This document shows positions 56,224-64,000 of a DNA stretch of 64,000 nucleotides, one piece after another. Location of the stretch: the sequence record MZ956761.1. One strand, given 5' to 3'. The position numbers and the translations under genes were made by a program. Source of the DNA: a phage. How positions within the stretch are numbered: the first letter of the stretch is position 1; each line of letters begins with the position of its first letter. The notes beneath the pieces were generated by a model. That model ran no database searches, was not told where the DNA came from, and saw only the letters and a list, made by a program, of their open reading frames with translations.

Positions 56224-57062
56224 TTCAATTCGTAATTCCAAGCTATCAACGCGTAGGGGCAGTTTCTGCCCTTGATATGTTTCCGACTGATTATGAACCT
56301 CATATTGTAGTACGTGAACACGAAGAAAAAGCTTATTATGACGCTTACGGGTCTAGAGCTAAAATTATAACTATTCCTGATGATGTTAACGGAATTGCTG
56401 GTACTCGTAAAGCAATTACTGATATGTATGCAGGTCAACGAATTTGGATGATTGATGATGATACTACTATTCGTATGAGTTCAATGCGAAAGAAAGATGA
56501 TCGTCGCTGCGTAGATAAAATTAATCAATTAACTCGTGAACAGTTCTATGAATTGATTCAATACGTTGAAGATGCCATGGATTGCGGGTATTATCATGGT
56601 CATGCTCGTTTACCAATTTTTAAAATTACTTCATCTTGGGGTAATTATCGTGAAAATTCATATGGATTCACGAATACTTGGTATGACCTCGGGAAACTTA
56701 CAACAGAACAAATTGGGTATGGAAAAATTGATTTATGCGAAGATATGTATGCATTTCTCAATTTAATTAATCAAGGTTATCCGCATTTGGCCTTGTTCAA
56801 ATATCTGGTTGTATCTGGAAAAGCACAGGCTCCAGGCGGATGTAGTTCAATTCGTAGTAATTCAAAACATAATAGAGCTCTTGAGCAAATCAATAGAGAG
56901 TTTCCAGAGCAAGCTCGTTGGAAAACATCGAATATCGAAAAGAGAAAATCGTTGGGTGAAGAAGACGAGCCATTAAAAGTTCTTCGCATGTGTGTTTCGC
57001 GCAAAGAAAAATCAGAAGCATTTCATAAGTTTAATGCTATTCATCCAATAGCAGTTGATTAA
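56214..57062 (+). CDS. Glycosyltransferase at the beta-gt locus (possibly T2/T6-type beta-glucosyl-HMC-alpha-glucosyltransferase)
   Basis: 282 aa; DxD-type motif IWMIDDDTTI; occupies the slot where T4 has beta-gt but does not look like T4 beta-gt. Confidence 0.5.
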   Translation: MEMIQFVIPSYQRVGAVSALDMFPTDYEPHIVVREHEEKAYYDAYGSRAKIITIPDDVNGIAGTRKAITDMYAGQRIWMIDDDTTIRMSSMRKKDDRRCVDKINQLTREQFYELIQYVEDAMDCGYYHGHARLPIFKITSSWGNYRENSYGFTNTWYDLGKLTTEQIGYGKIDLCEDMYAFLNLINQGYPHLALFKYLVVSGKAQAPGGCSSIRSNSKHNRALEQINREFPEQARWKTSNIEKRKSLGEEDEPLKVLRMCVSRKEKSEAFHKFNAIHPIAVD

Positions 57063-57139
57063 TGCCTAAATTTATTGTGTTATAATTACTCTATCTTTAA
57101 CCAGTGAGGAAAATATAATGTTGCCTATGGAAAAAATGA

Positions 57140-58321
57140 ATGTCTATTGCAGATTTAAAATCCCGTTTGATTAAAGCTTCCACTTCTAAAATGACTGCTG
57201 AACTGACTACATCTAAATTCTTTAATGAAAAGGATGTAATCCGTACAAAAATCCCAATGCTTAATATCGCTATTTCTGGTGCGATTGATGGTGGTATGCA
57301 GTCTGGTTTAACCATTTTTGCAGGTCCTTCTAAACACTTTAAATCAAATATGTCTTTGACTATGGTTGCAGCGTATTTGAACAAATATCCTGACGCGGTA
57401 TGTCTATTCTATGATAGCGAATTTGGTATTACTCCTGCTTATTTGCGATCCATGGGAGTTGACCCGGAACGAGTAATTCATACGCCAATTCAGTCAGTTG
57501 AACAGCTGAAAATTGATATGGTGAATCAGCTTGAAGCTATTGAGCGTGGTGAAAAAGTTATTGTATTCATCGACTCAATTGGTAATATGGCTTCTAAGAA
57601 AGAAACGGAAGATGCCTTGAATGAAAAATCTGTGGCAGATATGACTCGTGCTAAATCACTGAAGTCATTATTCCGTATTGTTACTCCTTATTTTAGTATT
57701 AAAAACATTCCGTGCGTTGCGGTTAACCATACAATTGAAACAATTGAAATGTTTAGTAAAACCGTGATGACAGGTGGTACAGGCGTAATGTATTCGGCTG
57801 ATACTGTATTCATTATCGGTAAGCGCCAGATTAAAGATGGTTCTGATCTTCAGGGGTATCAATTTGTTCTAAATGTAGAAAAATCTCGTACCGTTAAAGA
57901 AAAAAGTAAATTCTTTATTGATGTTAAATTTGACGGTGGCATCGATCCTTATTCTGGATTGTTAGATATGGCTCTAGAATTAGGATTTGTGGTAAAACCT
58001 AAAAATGGCTGGTATGCTCGTGAATTTCTTGATGAAGAAACCGGCGAGATGATTCGCGAAGAAAAATCTTGGCGTGCAAAAGATACCAACTGTACTACAT
58101 TCTGGGGTCCTTTATTTAAGCATCAACCATTCCGAGATGCTATTAAACGTGCTTATCAGTTAGGTGCTATTGATAGTAATGAAATTGTTGAAGCTGAGGT
58201 TGATGAATTGATTAACTCAAAGGTTGAAAAATTTAAATCTCCAGAAAGTAAAAGTAAATCAGCAGCTGATTTAGAAACTGACCTAGATCAGTTAAGTGAT
58301 ATGGAAGAATTTAATGAATAA
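57140..58321 (+). CDS. uvsX: Recombinase UvsX (RecA-like)
   Basis: 393 aa; Walker A GPSKHFKS; recognised UvsX sequence. Confidence 0.95.
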   Translation: MSIADLKSRLIKASTSKMTAELTTSKFFNEKDVIRTKIPMLNIAISGAIDGGMQSGLTIFAGPSKHFKSNMSLTMVAAYLNKYPDAVCLFYDSEFGITPAYLRSMGVDPERVIHTPIQSVEQLKIDMVNQLEAIERGEKVIVFIDSIGNMASKKETEDALNEKSVADMTRAKSLKSLFRIVTPYFSIKNIPCVAVNHTIETIEMFSKTVMTGGTGVMYSADTVFIIGKRQIKDGSDLQGYQFVLNVEKSRTVKEKSKFFIDVKFDGGIDPYSGLLDMALELGFVVKPKNGWYAREFLDEETGEMIREEKSWRAKDTNCTTFWGPLFKHQPFRDAIKRAYQLGAIDSNEIVEAEVDELINSKVEKFKSPESKSKSAADLETDLDQLSDMEEFNE

Positions 58322-58658
58322 AGATGATTTAGATTTAGATCTAGAAATTATCGATGAATCCCCCTCTTCGGAGGGGGAAGAAGAAAGAAAAGAACGTCTT
58401 TTTAATGAATCTCTTAAGATAATTAAATCTGCTATGGAAAATGTTATCCAGGAGATTGTCATTAAACTAGAAGACGGTTCTACACACATTGTGTATGTGA
58501 CAAAATTAGATTGGGTTGATGGAAAAGTCGTAATGGACTTTGCTGTTCTTGACCAAGAAAGAAAAGCTGAGTTAGCTCCTCATGTAGAAAAATGTATTAC
58601 AATGCAACTGCAAGATGCATTTAATAAAAGGTCAAAGAAAAAATTTAAATTCTTTTAA
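58314..58658 (+). CDS. 40: Probable gp40 head vertex assembly protein
   Basis: 114 aa from ATG 58314; acidic N-part; between uvsX and 41. Confidence 0.5.
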   Translation: MNKDDLDLDLEIIDESPSSEGEEERKERLFNESLKIIKSAMENVIQEIVIKLEDGSTHIVYVTKLDWVDGKVVMDFAVLDQERKAELAPHVEKCITMQLQDAFNKRSKKKFKFF

Positions 58659-58667
58659 GGAGTAAGT

Positions 58668-60095
58668 GTGGTAGAAATTATTCTTTCTCATCTCATATTT
58701 GATCAAGCTTATTTTTCAAAAGTTTGGCCATATATGGATTCAGAATATTTTGAAAGTGGTCCAGCTAAAAATACATTCAAATTAATTAAATCTCATGTTA
58801 ATGAGTACCATAGCGTTCCATCTATTAATGCGTTAAATGTTGCATTAGAAAATAGTTCATTTACTGAAACAGAATATTCTGGTGTAAAAACACTTATTTC
58901 AAAACTAGCTGATTCTCCGGAAGACCACAGTTGGTTAATAAAAGAAACAGAAAAATATGTTCAGCAAAGGGCGATGTTTAATGCTACGTCTAAAATAATC
59001 GAAATTCAAACTAATGCTGAGCTTCCTCCGGAAAAACGAAATAAGAAAATGCCGGACGTTGGTGCTATTCCTGACATCATGCGTCAAGCATTATCTATTT
59101 CATTTGATAGCTACGTTGGTCATGATTGGATGGATGACTACGAAGCACGCTGGCTATCTTATATGAATAAAGCTCGTAAAGTTCCATTTAAACTTCGTAT
59201 TTTGAATAAAATTACAAAAGGCGGAGCTGAAACAGGAACACTGAACGTTTTAATGGCTGGTGTTAACGTTGGTAAGTCATTAGGATTGTGTTCATTAGCA
59301 GCAGATTATTTGCAGCTCGGACATAATGTTCTTTACATTTCCATGGAAATGGCAGAAGAAGTTTGTGCTAAGCGTATTGACGCTAATATGCTTGATGTTT
59401 CTCTTGATGACATTGATGATGGGCATATTTCTTACGCTGAGTATAAAGGAAAAATGGAAAAATGGCGTGAGAAATCTACTCTCGGTCGTTTAATCGTTAA
59501 GCAATATCCCACTGGTGGAGCAGACGCTAATACATTTCGATCGCTTTTAAACGAATTGAAGCTCAAGAAGAATTTTGTTCCAACAATCATTATTGTTGAC
59601 TATCTAGGTATTTGTAAATCTTGCCGCATCAGAGTTTATTCAGAAAATAGTTACACAACTGTTAAAGCTATCGCAGAGGAATTGCGTGCTCTGGCTGTTG
59701 AAACCGAAACTGTTCTTTGGACTGCAGCGCAGGTTGGTAAGCAAGCTTGGGATTCTTCTGATGTTAACATGAGCGATATTGCAGAATCTGCCGGTCTTCC
59801 AGCAACAGCCGATTTTATGCTTGCGGTCATTGAAACCGAGGAGCTAGCAGCTGCTGAACAACAACTCATTAAGCAAATCAAATCACGATATGGTGATAAG
59901 AATAAATGGAATAAGTTTTTGATGGGTGTTCAAAAAGGAAATCAGAAATGGGTAGAAATTGAACAAGATTCTACTCCAACTGAAGTAAGTGAAGTAGCAG
60001 GTTCACAGCAGATTCAGGCTGAACAGAATCGCTATCAAAGAAACGAATCTGCTCGAGCCCAGTTAGATGCTTTAGCGAATGAATTAAAATTTTAG
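58668..60095 (+). CDS. 41: Replicative DNA helicase gp41
   Basis: 475 aa, GTG start after AAGGAG; MVEIILSHLIFDQAYF; Walker A GVNVGKS. Confidence 0.95.
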   Translation: MVEIILSHLIFDQAYFSKVWPYMDSEYFESGPAKNTFKLIKSHVNEYHSVPSINALNVALENSSFTETEYSGVKTLISKLADSPEDHSWLIKETEKYVQQRAMFNATSKIIEIQTNAELPPEKRNKKMPDVGAIPDIMRQALSISFDSYVGHDWMDDYEARWLSYMNKARKVPFKLRILNKITKGGAETGTLNVLMAGVNVGKSLGLCSLAADYLQLGHNVLYISMEMAEEVCAKRIDANMLDVSLDDIDDGHISYAEYKGKMEKWREKSTLGRLIVKQYPTGGADANTFRSLLNELKLKKNFVPTIIIVDYLGICKSCRIRVYSENSYTTVKAIAEELRALAVETETVLWTAAQVGKQAWDSSDVNMSDIAESAGLPATADFMLAVIETEELAAAEQQLIKQIKSRYGDKNKWNKFLMGVQKGNQKWVEIEQDSTPTEVSEVAGSQQIQAEQNRYQRNESARAQLDALANELKF

Positions 60096-60131
60096 TTTAC
60101 AAGCCGACAAGACTATGGTATAGTAGTCTTG
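60094..60131 (+). promoter_or_regulatory. Early promoter with 9-bp dyad embracing the -10 region
   Basis: GTTTAC 60094-60099, TATAGT 60118-60123; ACAAGACTA 60106-60114 complementary to TAGTCTTGT 60123-60131. Confidence 0.5.
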
Positions 60132-60153
60132 TTGGTTAAATGAGGAGATTGTT

Positions 60154-60336
60154 ATGGAATTGGTAAAGGTAGTTTTTATGGGGTGGTTTAAGAACGAAAG
60201 CATGTTTACTAAAGAAATCACAATGATGAAAGATGACGTTCAATGGGCTACTAATCAATATGCTGAAGTTAATAAAGCACTAGTTAAAGCTTTCATTGAT
60301 GACAAGAAAGTATGCGAAGTGGATTGCCGAGGATAA
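60154..60336 (+). CDS. dmd: Dmd, discriminator of mRNA degradation (antitoxin against RnlA/LsoA)
   Basis: 60 aa MELVKVVFMGWFKNESMFTKEI; directly after gene 41. Confidence 0.7.
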   Translation: MELVKVVFMGWFKNESMFTKEITMMKDDVQWATNQYAEVNKALVKAFIDDKKVCEVDCRG

Positions 60337-60337
60337 T

Positions 60338-60595
60338 ATGCATATCGTTTTATTTAAACCTACTCCGTATAACGTCAGGAAAAATACTCAATTCAAAGCA
60401 CTTATCGCAGATACGTGGGAATTGGTATTAGATATTCCAGCAGAAGAAAGCCCTCCATTTGGTCGAGTGGAATTTATTAAGTTTGCTGTGCGCCCTACAA
60501 AGCGGCAGATTCGCCAATGCAAAAGATACTTTCGTAAAATCGTCAAGTTAGAGAAACAGTTTGTAACATGTGATTATACAGAAGTTTTAAAATAG
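60338..60595 (+). CDS. Hypothetical basic protein (61.4 position)
   Basis: 85 aa from ATG 60338 (RBS GAGGATAA). Confidence 0.4.
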   Translation: MHIVLFKPTPYNVRKNTQFKALIADTWELVLDIPAEESPPFGRVEFIKFAVRPTKRQIRQCKRYFRKIVKLEKQFVTCDYTEVLK

Positions 60596-60597
60596 CT

Positions 60598-60639
60598 GTT
60601 TACAAGCTGATAGAGTTGTGTTATAGTAATTCTATCAGC
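60598..60639 (+). promoter_or_regulatory. Early promoter with 9-bp dyad embracing the -10 region
   Basis: GTTTAC 60598-60603, TATAGT 60622-60627; GCTGATAGA 60606-60614 complementary to TCTATCAGC 60631-60639. Confidence 0.5.
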
Positions 60640-60658
60640 TAATCGCGGAGAAAAGAAA

Positions 60659-60913
60659 ATGATGCTAGTTAATAGAGAATATCAGTTTAAATCAGAAGAA
60701 GATTTGGAAAAATTCGCGAGTGGTTGTGAACTGAATAGACGCACAGCTAAAGTCATAGGATTAAAACCCTTTACAGTTCTAGATTGTGAAGTTTCTAAAT
60801 TCCGCAGAGGGTGTTCTATTAGCGGTCATGCTCTGGTTGATGGGAACACATTTTTCTTTGTTTTTAGCGTCAGAGAACTTTTATTGATTAACGAACTTGA
60901 GGAAATAAAATAG
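60659..60913 (+). CDS. Hypothetical protein
   Basis: 84 aa. Confidence 0.45.
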   Translation: MMLVNREYQFKSEEDLEKFASGCELNRRTAKVIGLKPFTVLDCEVSKFRRGCSISGHALVDGNTFFFVFSVRELLLINELEEIK

Positions 60914-60941
60914 TTTACTTTTGTTTTAAACATGTTATTAT
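60913..60941 (+). promoter_or_regulatory. Early promoter (GTTTAC-N17-TATTAT)
   Basis: Contains 26-bp element identical to 12864-12889. Confidence 0.45.
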
Positions 60942-60977
60942 AGACTTATCAAAACAAACGAGTAAATGGAGAACAAA

Positions 60978-61160
60978 ATGTCTAAAGTATCAGGTTATCA
61001 ATTATTAACACAAGAACAACGTTCAGAGATGGATTCTTTACAAGAACGGTGTCAGCATAGAAATAACGCACTTGATTCATTTTTATTAGTTGAATATGAA
61101 AACTTGTGCTCTAGACTTGAAAAAGAATATGTTCATCAACATGAAGGAGGAGAAGAATGA
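60978..61160 (+). CDS. Hypothetical protein
   Basis: 60 aa from ATG 60978 (RBS GGAGAA). Confidence 0.4.
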   Translation: MSKVSGYQLLTQEQRSEMDSLQERCQHRNNALDSFLLVEYENLCSRLEKEYVHQHEGGEE

Positions 61161-61263
61161 AACTGAAATCACCAATTATTGCAATTTGTCTGTTTGCTTC
61201 TACTAGTGTTTACTTTTGTTGAAAATTGAGATACTATAAATATAAACTACTGAGGAGATTATC

Positions 61264-61557
61264 ATGAAAAAATTTGTTTTTGCTGCAATTTTTGCTTTGG
61301 CTTCTTGTACTGCTCAGCCTGCTATGGCGGGTTATGATAAAGATTTGTGTGAATGGTCTATGACTGCAGATCAGACTGAGGTTGAAACTCAAATTGAAGC
61401 AGATATTATGAATATCGTTGAGCGTGATCGTCCTGAAATGAAAGCTGAAGTGCAAAAACAGCTTAAGTCTGGTGGTGTAATGCAGTATAATTATGTTCTG
61501 TATTGCGATAAAAACTTTAATAATAAAAATATCATCGCTGAAGTGGTAGGTGAGTAA
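61264..61557 (+). CDS. sp: Spackle periplasmic protein
   Basis: 97 aa; signal peptide MKKFVFAAIFALASCTAQPAMA; position between dmd and 61. Confidence 0.65.
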   Translation: MKKFVFAAIFALASCTAQPAMAGYDKDLCEWSMTADQTEVETQIEADIMNIVERDRPEMKAEVQKQLKSGGVMQYNYVLYCDKNFNNKNIIAEVVGE

Positions 61558-61569
61558 TTAGAGGTTAGT

Positions 61570-61926
61570 ATGTATAGTTCTGAATTTTCATATTTAAAAA
61601 TGGAAAAAATTTCATACGATTTTATAGATGAAAAGGTTTATTACAGCTTCCATGAACCACGTTTTAATAGTGAGGTTGGGTTTATTGTAGTAAAAGACAA
61701 TTTCATTTTAAAAATATATTCGGCATTAAAGGATTTTCACTACGAAAATATTAACCTAAAATTTGATAAAGAAAACGTTCGTAATTGTGCAGTAACAATT
61801 ACAGGAAATAAAGGTACATGCGTTATGCTATCTGATGAAATTAATGATTTGCTAAATGATGCCGAAAAGGTTGTTGTTCCATCGATTGATGACCAAATTT
61901 TTAATGCTTTTATGAATAGAGGTTAA
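61570..61926 (+). CDS. Hypothetical protein (61.2 position, AdfA-like by position)
   Basis: 118 aa between sp and gene 61. Confidence 0.45.
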   Translation: MYSSEFSYLKMEKISYDFIDEKVYYSFHEPRFNSEVGFIVVKDNFILKIYSALKDFHYENINLKFDKENVRNCAVTITGNKGTCVMLSDEINDLLNDAEKVVVPSIDDQIFNAFMNRG

Positions 61927-61927
61927 T

Positions 61928-62092
61928 ATGAAAACATATAAAGAATTTATTAAAGAAGATATGGTCGCTGGAGATTCAGGTGGTAATCCTGAAAATATCT
62001 CCACTGGAACAACGTCAGGCGCTGTAGTAAATAAAGGTCCTGAACAGATTCCTAAAAAGAAAAAAGAGGAATCTAAAGAAAAAGAAGAGTAA
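61928..62092 (+). CDS. Small protein with CTS-like N-terminus (MKTYKEFIKE)
   Basis: 54 aa; after I-K-E the rest is Gly/Lys/Glu-rich. Confidence 0.4.
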   Translation: MKTYKEFIKEDMVAGDSGGNPENISTGTTSGAVVNKGPEQIPKKKKEESKEKEE

Positions 62093-62094
62093 AA

Positions 62095-63123
62095 ATGTCA
62101 TCAATACCTTGGATTGATAATGAGTTTGCATACCGTGCATTAGCTCATTTACCTAAATTCGCACAAGTAAATAATAGTTCAACTTTTAAATTACGGTTTA
62201 GATGTCCTGTTTGTGGAGATTCAAAAACCGATCAAAATAAAGCCCGTGGATGGTATTATGGTGATAATAATGAAGGAAATATTCATTGTTATAACTGTAA
62301 CTATCATGCACCAATCGGAATATATTTAAAGGAGTTTGAACCTGATTTATATCGTGAGTATATCTTTGAAATAAGAAAAGAAAAAGGTAAAAGTCGTCCA
62401 GTAGAAAAACCTAAAGAACTTCCTAAACAACCTGAGAAGAAAATAATTAAATCTCTTCCGTCATGCATTAGATTAGATAAACTGGCGGAAGACCATCCAA
62501 TTATAAAATATGTAAAAGCTCGTTGTATTCCAAAGGATAAATGGAAATATCTTTGGTTTACAACTGAATGGCCTAAATTAGTTAATAGCATAGCACCCGG
62601 AACATATAAAAAGGAAATACCTGAGCCTCGTCTTGTTATTCCAATTTATAATGCTAATGGAAAAGCTGAGTCTTTTCAAGGACGTGCATTAAAGAAAGAT
62701 GCTCCTCAAAAATATATCACCATCAAAGCTTATCCCGAGGCAACAAAAATCTATGGAGTCGAACGAGTCAAAGATGGTGATGTATATGTTCTAGAAGGAC
62801 CTATAGATTCACTTTTTATTGAAAATGGTATAGCTATTACGGGTGGTCAATTAGACCTAGAAGTTGTTCCATTTAAAGATAGACGTGTGTGGGTCTTAGA
62901 TAATGAACCTCGTCACCCTGACACTATTAAACGAATGACTAAATTAGTTGATGCAGGAGAAAGGGTTATGTTTTGGGATAAATCTCCCTGGAAATCAAAA
63001 GATGTTAATGATATGATTAGAAAGGAAGGTGCAACCCCTGAACAAATTATGGAATATATGAAAAATAATATTGCCCAAGGGTTGATGGCTAAAATGCGGC
63101 TATCTAAATATGCTAAGATTTAA
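62095..63123 (+). CDS. 61: DNA primase gp61
   Basis: 342 aa; zinc ribbon CPVCGDS...CYNC; TOPRIM-like region. Confidence 0.9.
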   Translation: MSSIPWIDNEFAYRALAHLPKFAQVNNSSTFKLRFRCPVCGDSKTDQNKARGWYYGDNNEGNIHCYNCNYHAPIGIYLKEFEPDLYREYIFEIRKEKGKSRPVEKPKELPKQPEKKIIKSLPSCIRLDKLAEDHPIIKYVKARCIPKDKWKYLWFTTEWPKLVNSIAPGTYKKEIPEPRLVIPIYNANGKAESFQGRALKKDAPQKYITIKAYPEATKIYGVERVKDGDVYVLEGPIDSLFIENGIAITGGQLDLEVVPFKDRRVWVLDNEPRHPDTIKRMTKLVDAGERVMFWDKSPWKSKDVNDMIRKEGATPEQIMEYMKNNIAQGLMAKMRLSKYAKI

Positions 63124-63320
63124 ATTAACCCAACCAAAGCAAATGCTAAATCTACGAATGTATCAAGAGTAATTACTGGAATATTAACACCATGAGCAAT
63201 AGCAATTGGTGATAAAACAAAATTCCAGAGTAAAATTCCTACCGTAGCAGAAATAGTAAAAGCTATACGCTTTTTATTACCTTTGATGGCATTAACAAGT
63301 GCCATTAATTTTTGTACCAT
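63120..63320 (-). CDS. Small membrane protein on the minus strand
   Basis: 66 aa; RBS AAGGAGG 4 nt before ATG; near-consensus late motif AATAAATA upstream; hydrophobic helices. Confidence 0.45.
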   Translation of the reverse strand: MVQKLMALVNAIKGNKKRIAFTISATVGILLWNFVLSPIAIAHGVNIPVITLDTFVDLAFALVGLI

Positions 63321-63391
63321 ATGTCCTCCTTATTGCTTTATATATTTATTGTATAATTAATCTACTAACCCATGAATTGAAAGGAAAAATA

Positions 63392-63910
63392 ATGGCTCAC
63401 TTTAATGAATGTGCTCATTTGATCGAAGGTGTTGATAAAGCAAATCGTGCATATGCTGAGTATATTATGCACAGTATTGACCCATTGCAGGTTATGCTTG
63501 ACATGCAGCGGCATTTACAGATTCGTTTGGCTAATGATAAACCAGAAACAAATCGTCATCCTGATTCACTTGAAACTGCAGGAGAAGTTCTTGCTTGGTT
63601 GCGAAACCAAGACGATTATATCGCAGACGAAACTCGCGAGCTATATACTTCTCTTGGTGGTATGAGTAATGGTGAAAAAGAAGCTTCTGCTGTATGGAAA
63701 CCTTGGAAGAAACGTTATTCTGAAATGCAATCCAAGAAAATTCAAGATTTATCTCCTGAAGATCAACTTGAAATTAAATTTGAACTAATTGACCAATTTC
63801 ACTTTTTCATGAATAAATTTATTGCTCTTGGAATGTCAGCTGAAGAAATCTTTAAACTTTATTATCTGAAAAATGCTGAAAACTTCGCTCGTCAAGACCG
63901 AGGCTATTAA
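63392..63910 (+). CDS. 56: Probable dCTP pyrophosphatase gp56
   Basis: 172 aa helical protein from ATG 63392 (RBS AAGGAAAAA); size and position as T4 gp56. Confidence 0.65.
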   Translation: MAHFNECAHLIEGVDKANRAYAEYIMHSIDPLQVMLDMQRHLQIRLANDKPETNRHPDSLETAGEVLAWLRNQDDYIADETRELYTSLGGMSNGEKEASAVWKPWKKRYSEMQSKKIQDLSPEDQLEIKFELIDQFHFFMNKFIALGMSAEEIFKLYYLKNAENFARQDRGY

Positions 63911-64000
63911 TGGCTCGTTTAAATAAACGTCAGCTTAAGAAAGCCCACAAGAAACGTATTGACCAGCTATTTAAAAATTATGACAAGGAGCTCACATACG
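63910..64000 (+). CDS. Hypothetical protein, 5' portion (continues beyond window end)
   Basis: ATG 63910 overlapping gp56 stop; open to window edge. Confidence 0.3.
   Translation, partial: MARLNKRQLKKAHKKRIDQLFKNYDKELTY

Overview
This window is a contiguous 64-kb stretch of a T4-like (T-even) coliphage genome. I assigned genes from the translations in the ORF track plus my own reading of the sequence; no database search was run, so names rest on recognised sequence, size and gene order. Left to right: baseplate genes 6 (partial), 5.4, 5 and 53 on the minus strand, then on the plus strand 4, 2, 3, 1, 57A, 57B, an internal-protein locus with repeated promoters, an 11-tRNA array, nudE, e lysozyme, two more internal-protein genes, regB, tk, rI, a long block of unknown small ORFs, nrdC, 49, nrdD, nrdG, an nrdH-like gene, 55, agt, 47, 46, rpbA, 45, 44, 62, regA, 43, imm, 42, a glycosyltransferase, uvsX, 40, 41, the dmd-sp island, 61 and 56. 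Gene content looks closer to T2/T6-type than to T4 itself (no denV, no segB in the tRNA region, nrdD uninterrupted, a different transferase where T4 has beta-gt), but that is inference. Early promoters of the form GTTTAC-N17/18-TAnnAT and GC-rich UUCG-tetraloop terminators recur throughout. I see no single obviously new multi-gene system; the most interesting candidates are a nucleotidyltransferase-like gene next to a Walker A/B ATPase, four consecutive coiled-coil paralogs, extra proteins with capsid-targeting-like N-termini, a macro-domain protein, and the unknown small genes around dmd/sp. Bases 47207-47466 inside gene 46 are partly masked with n.
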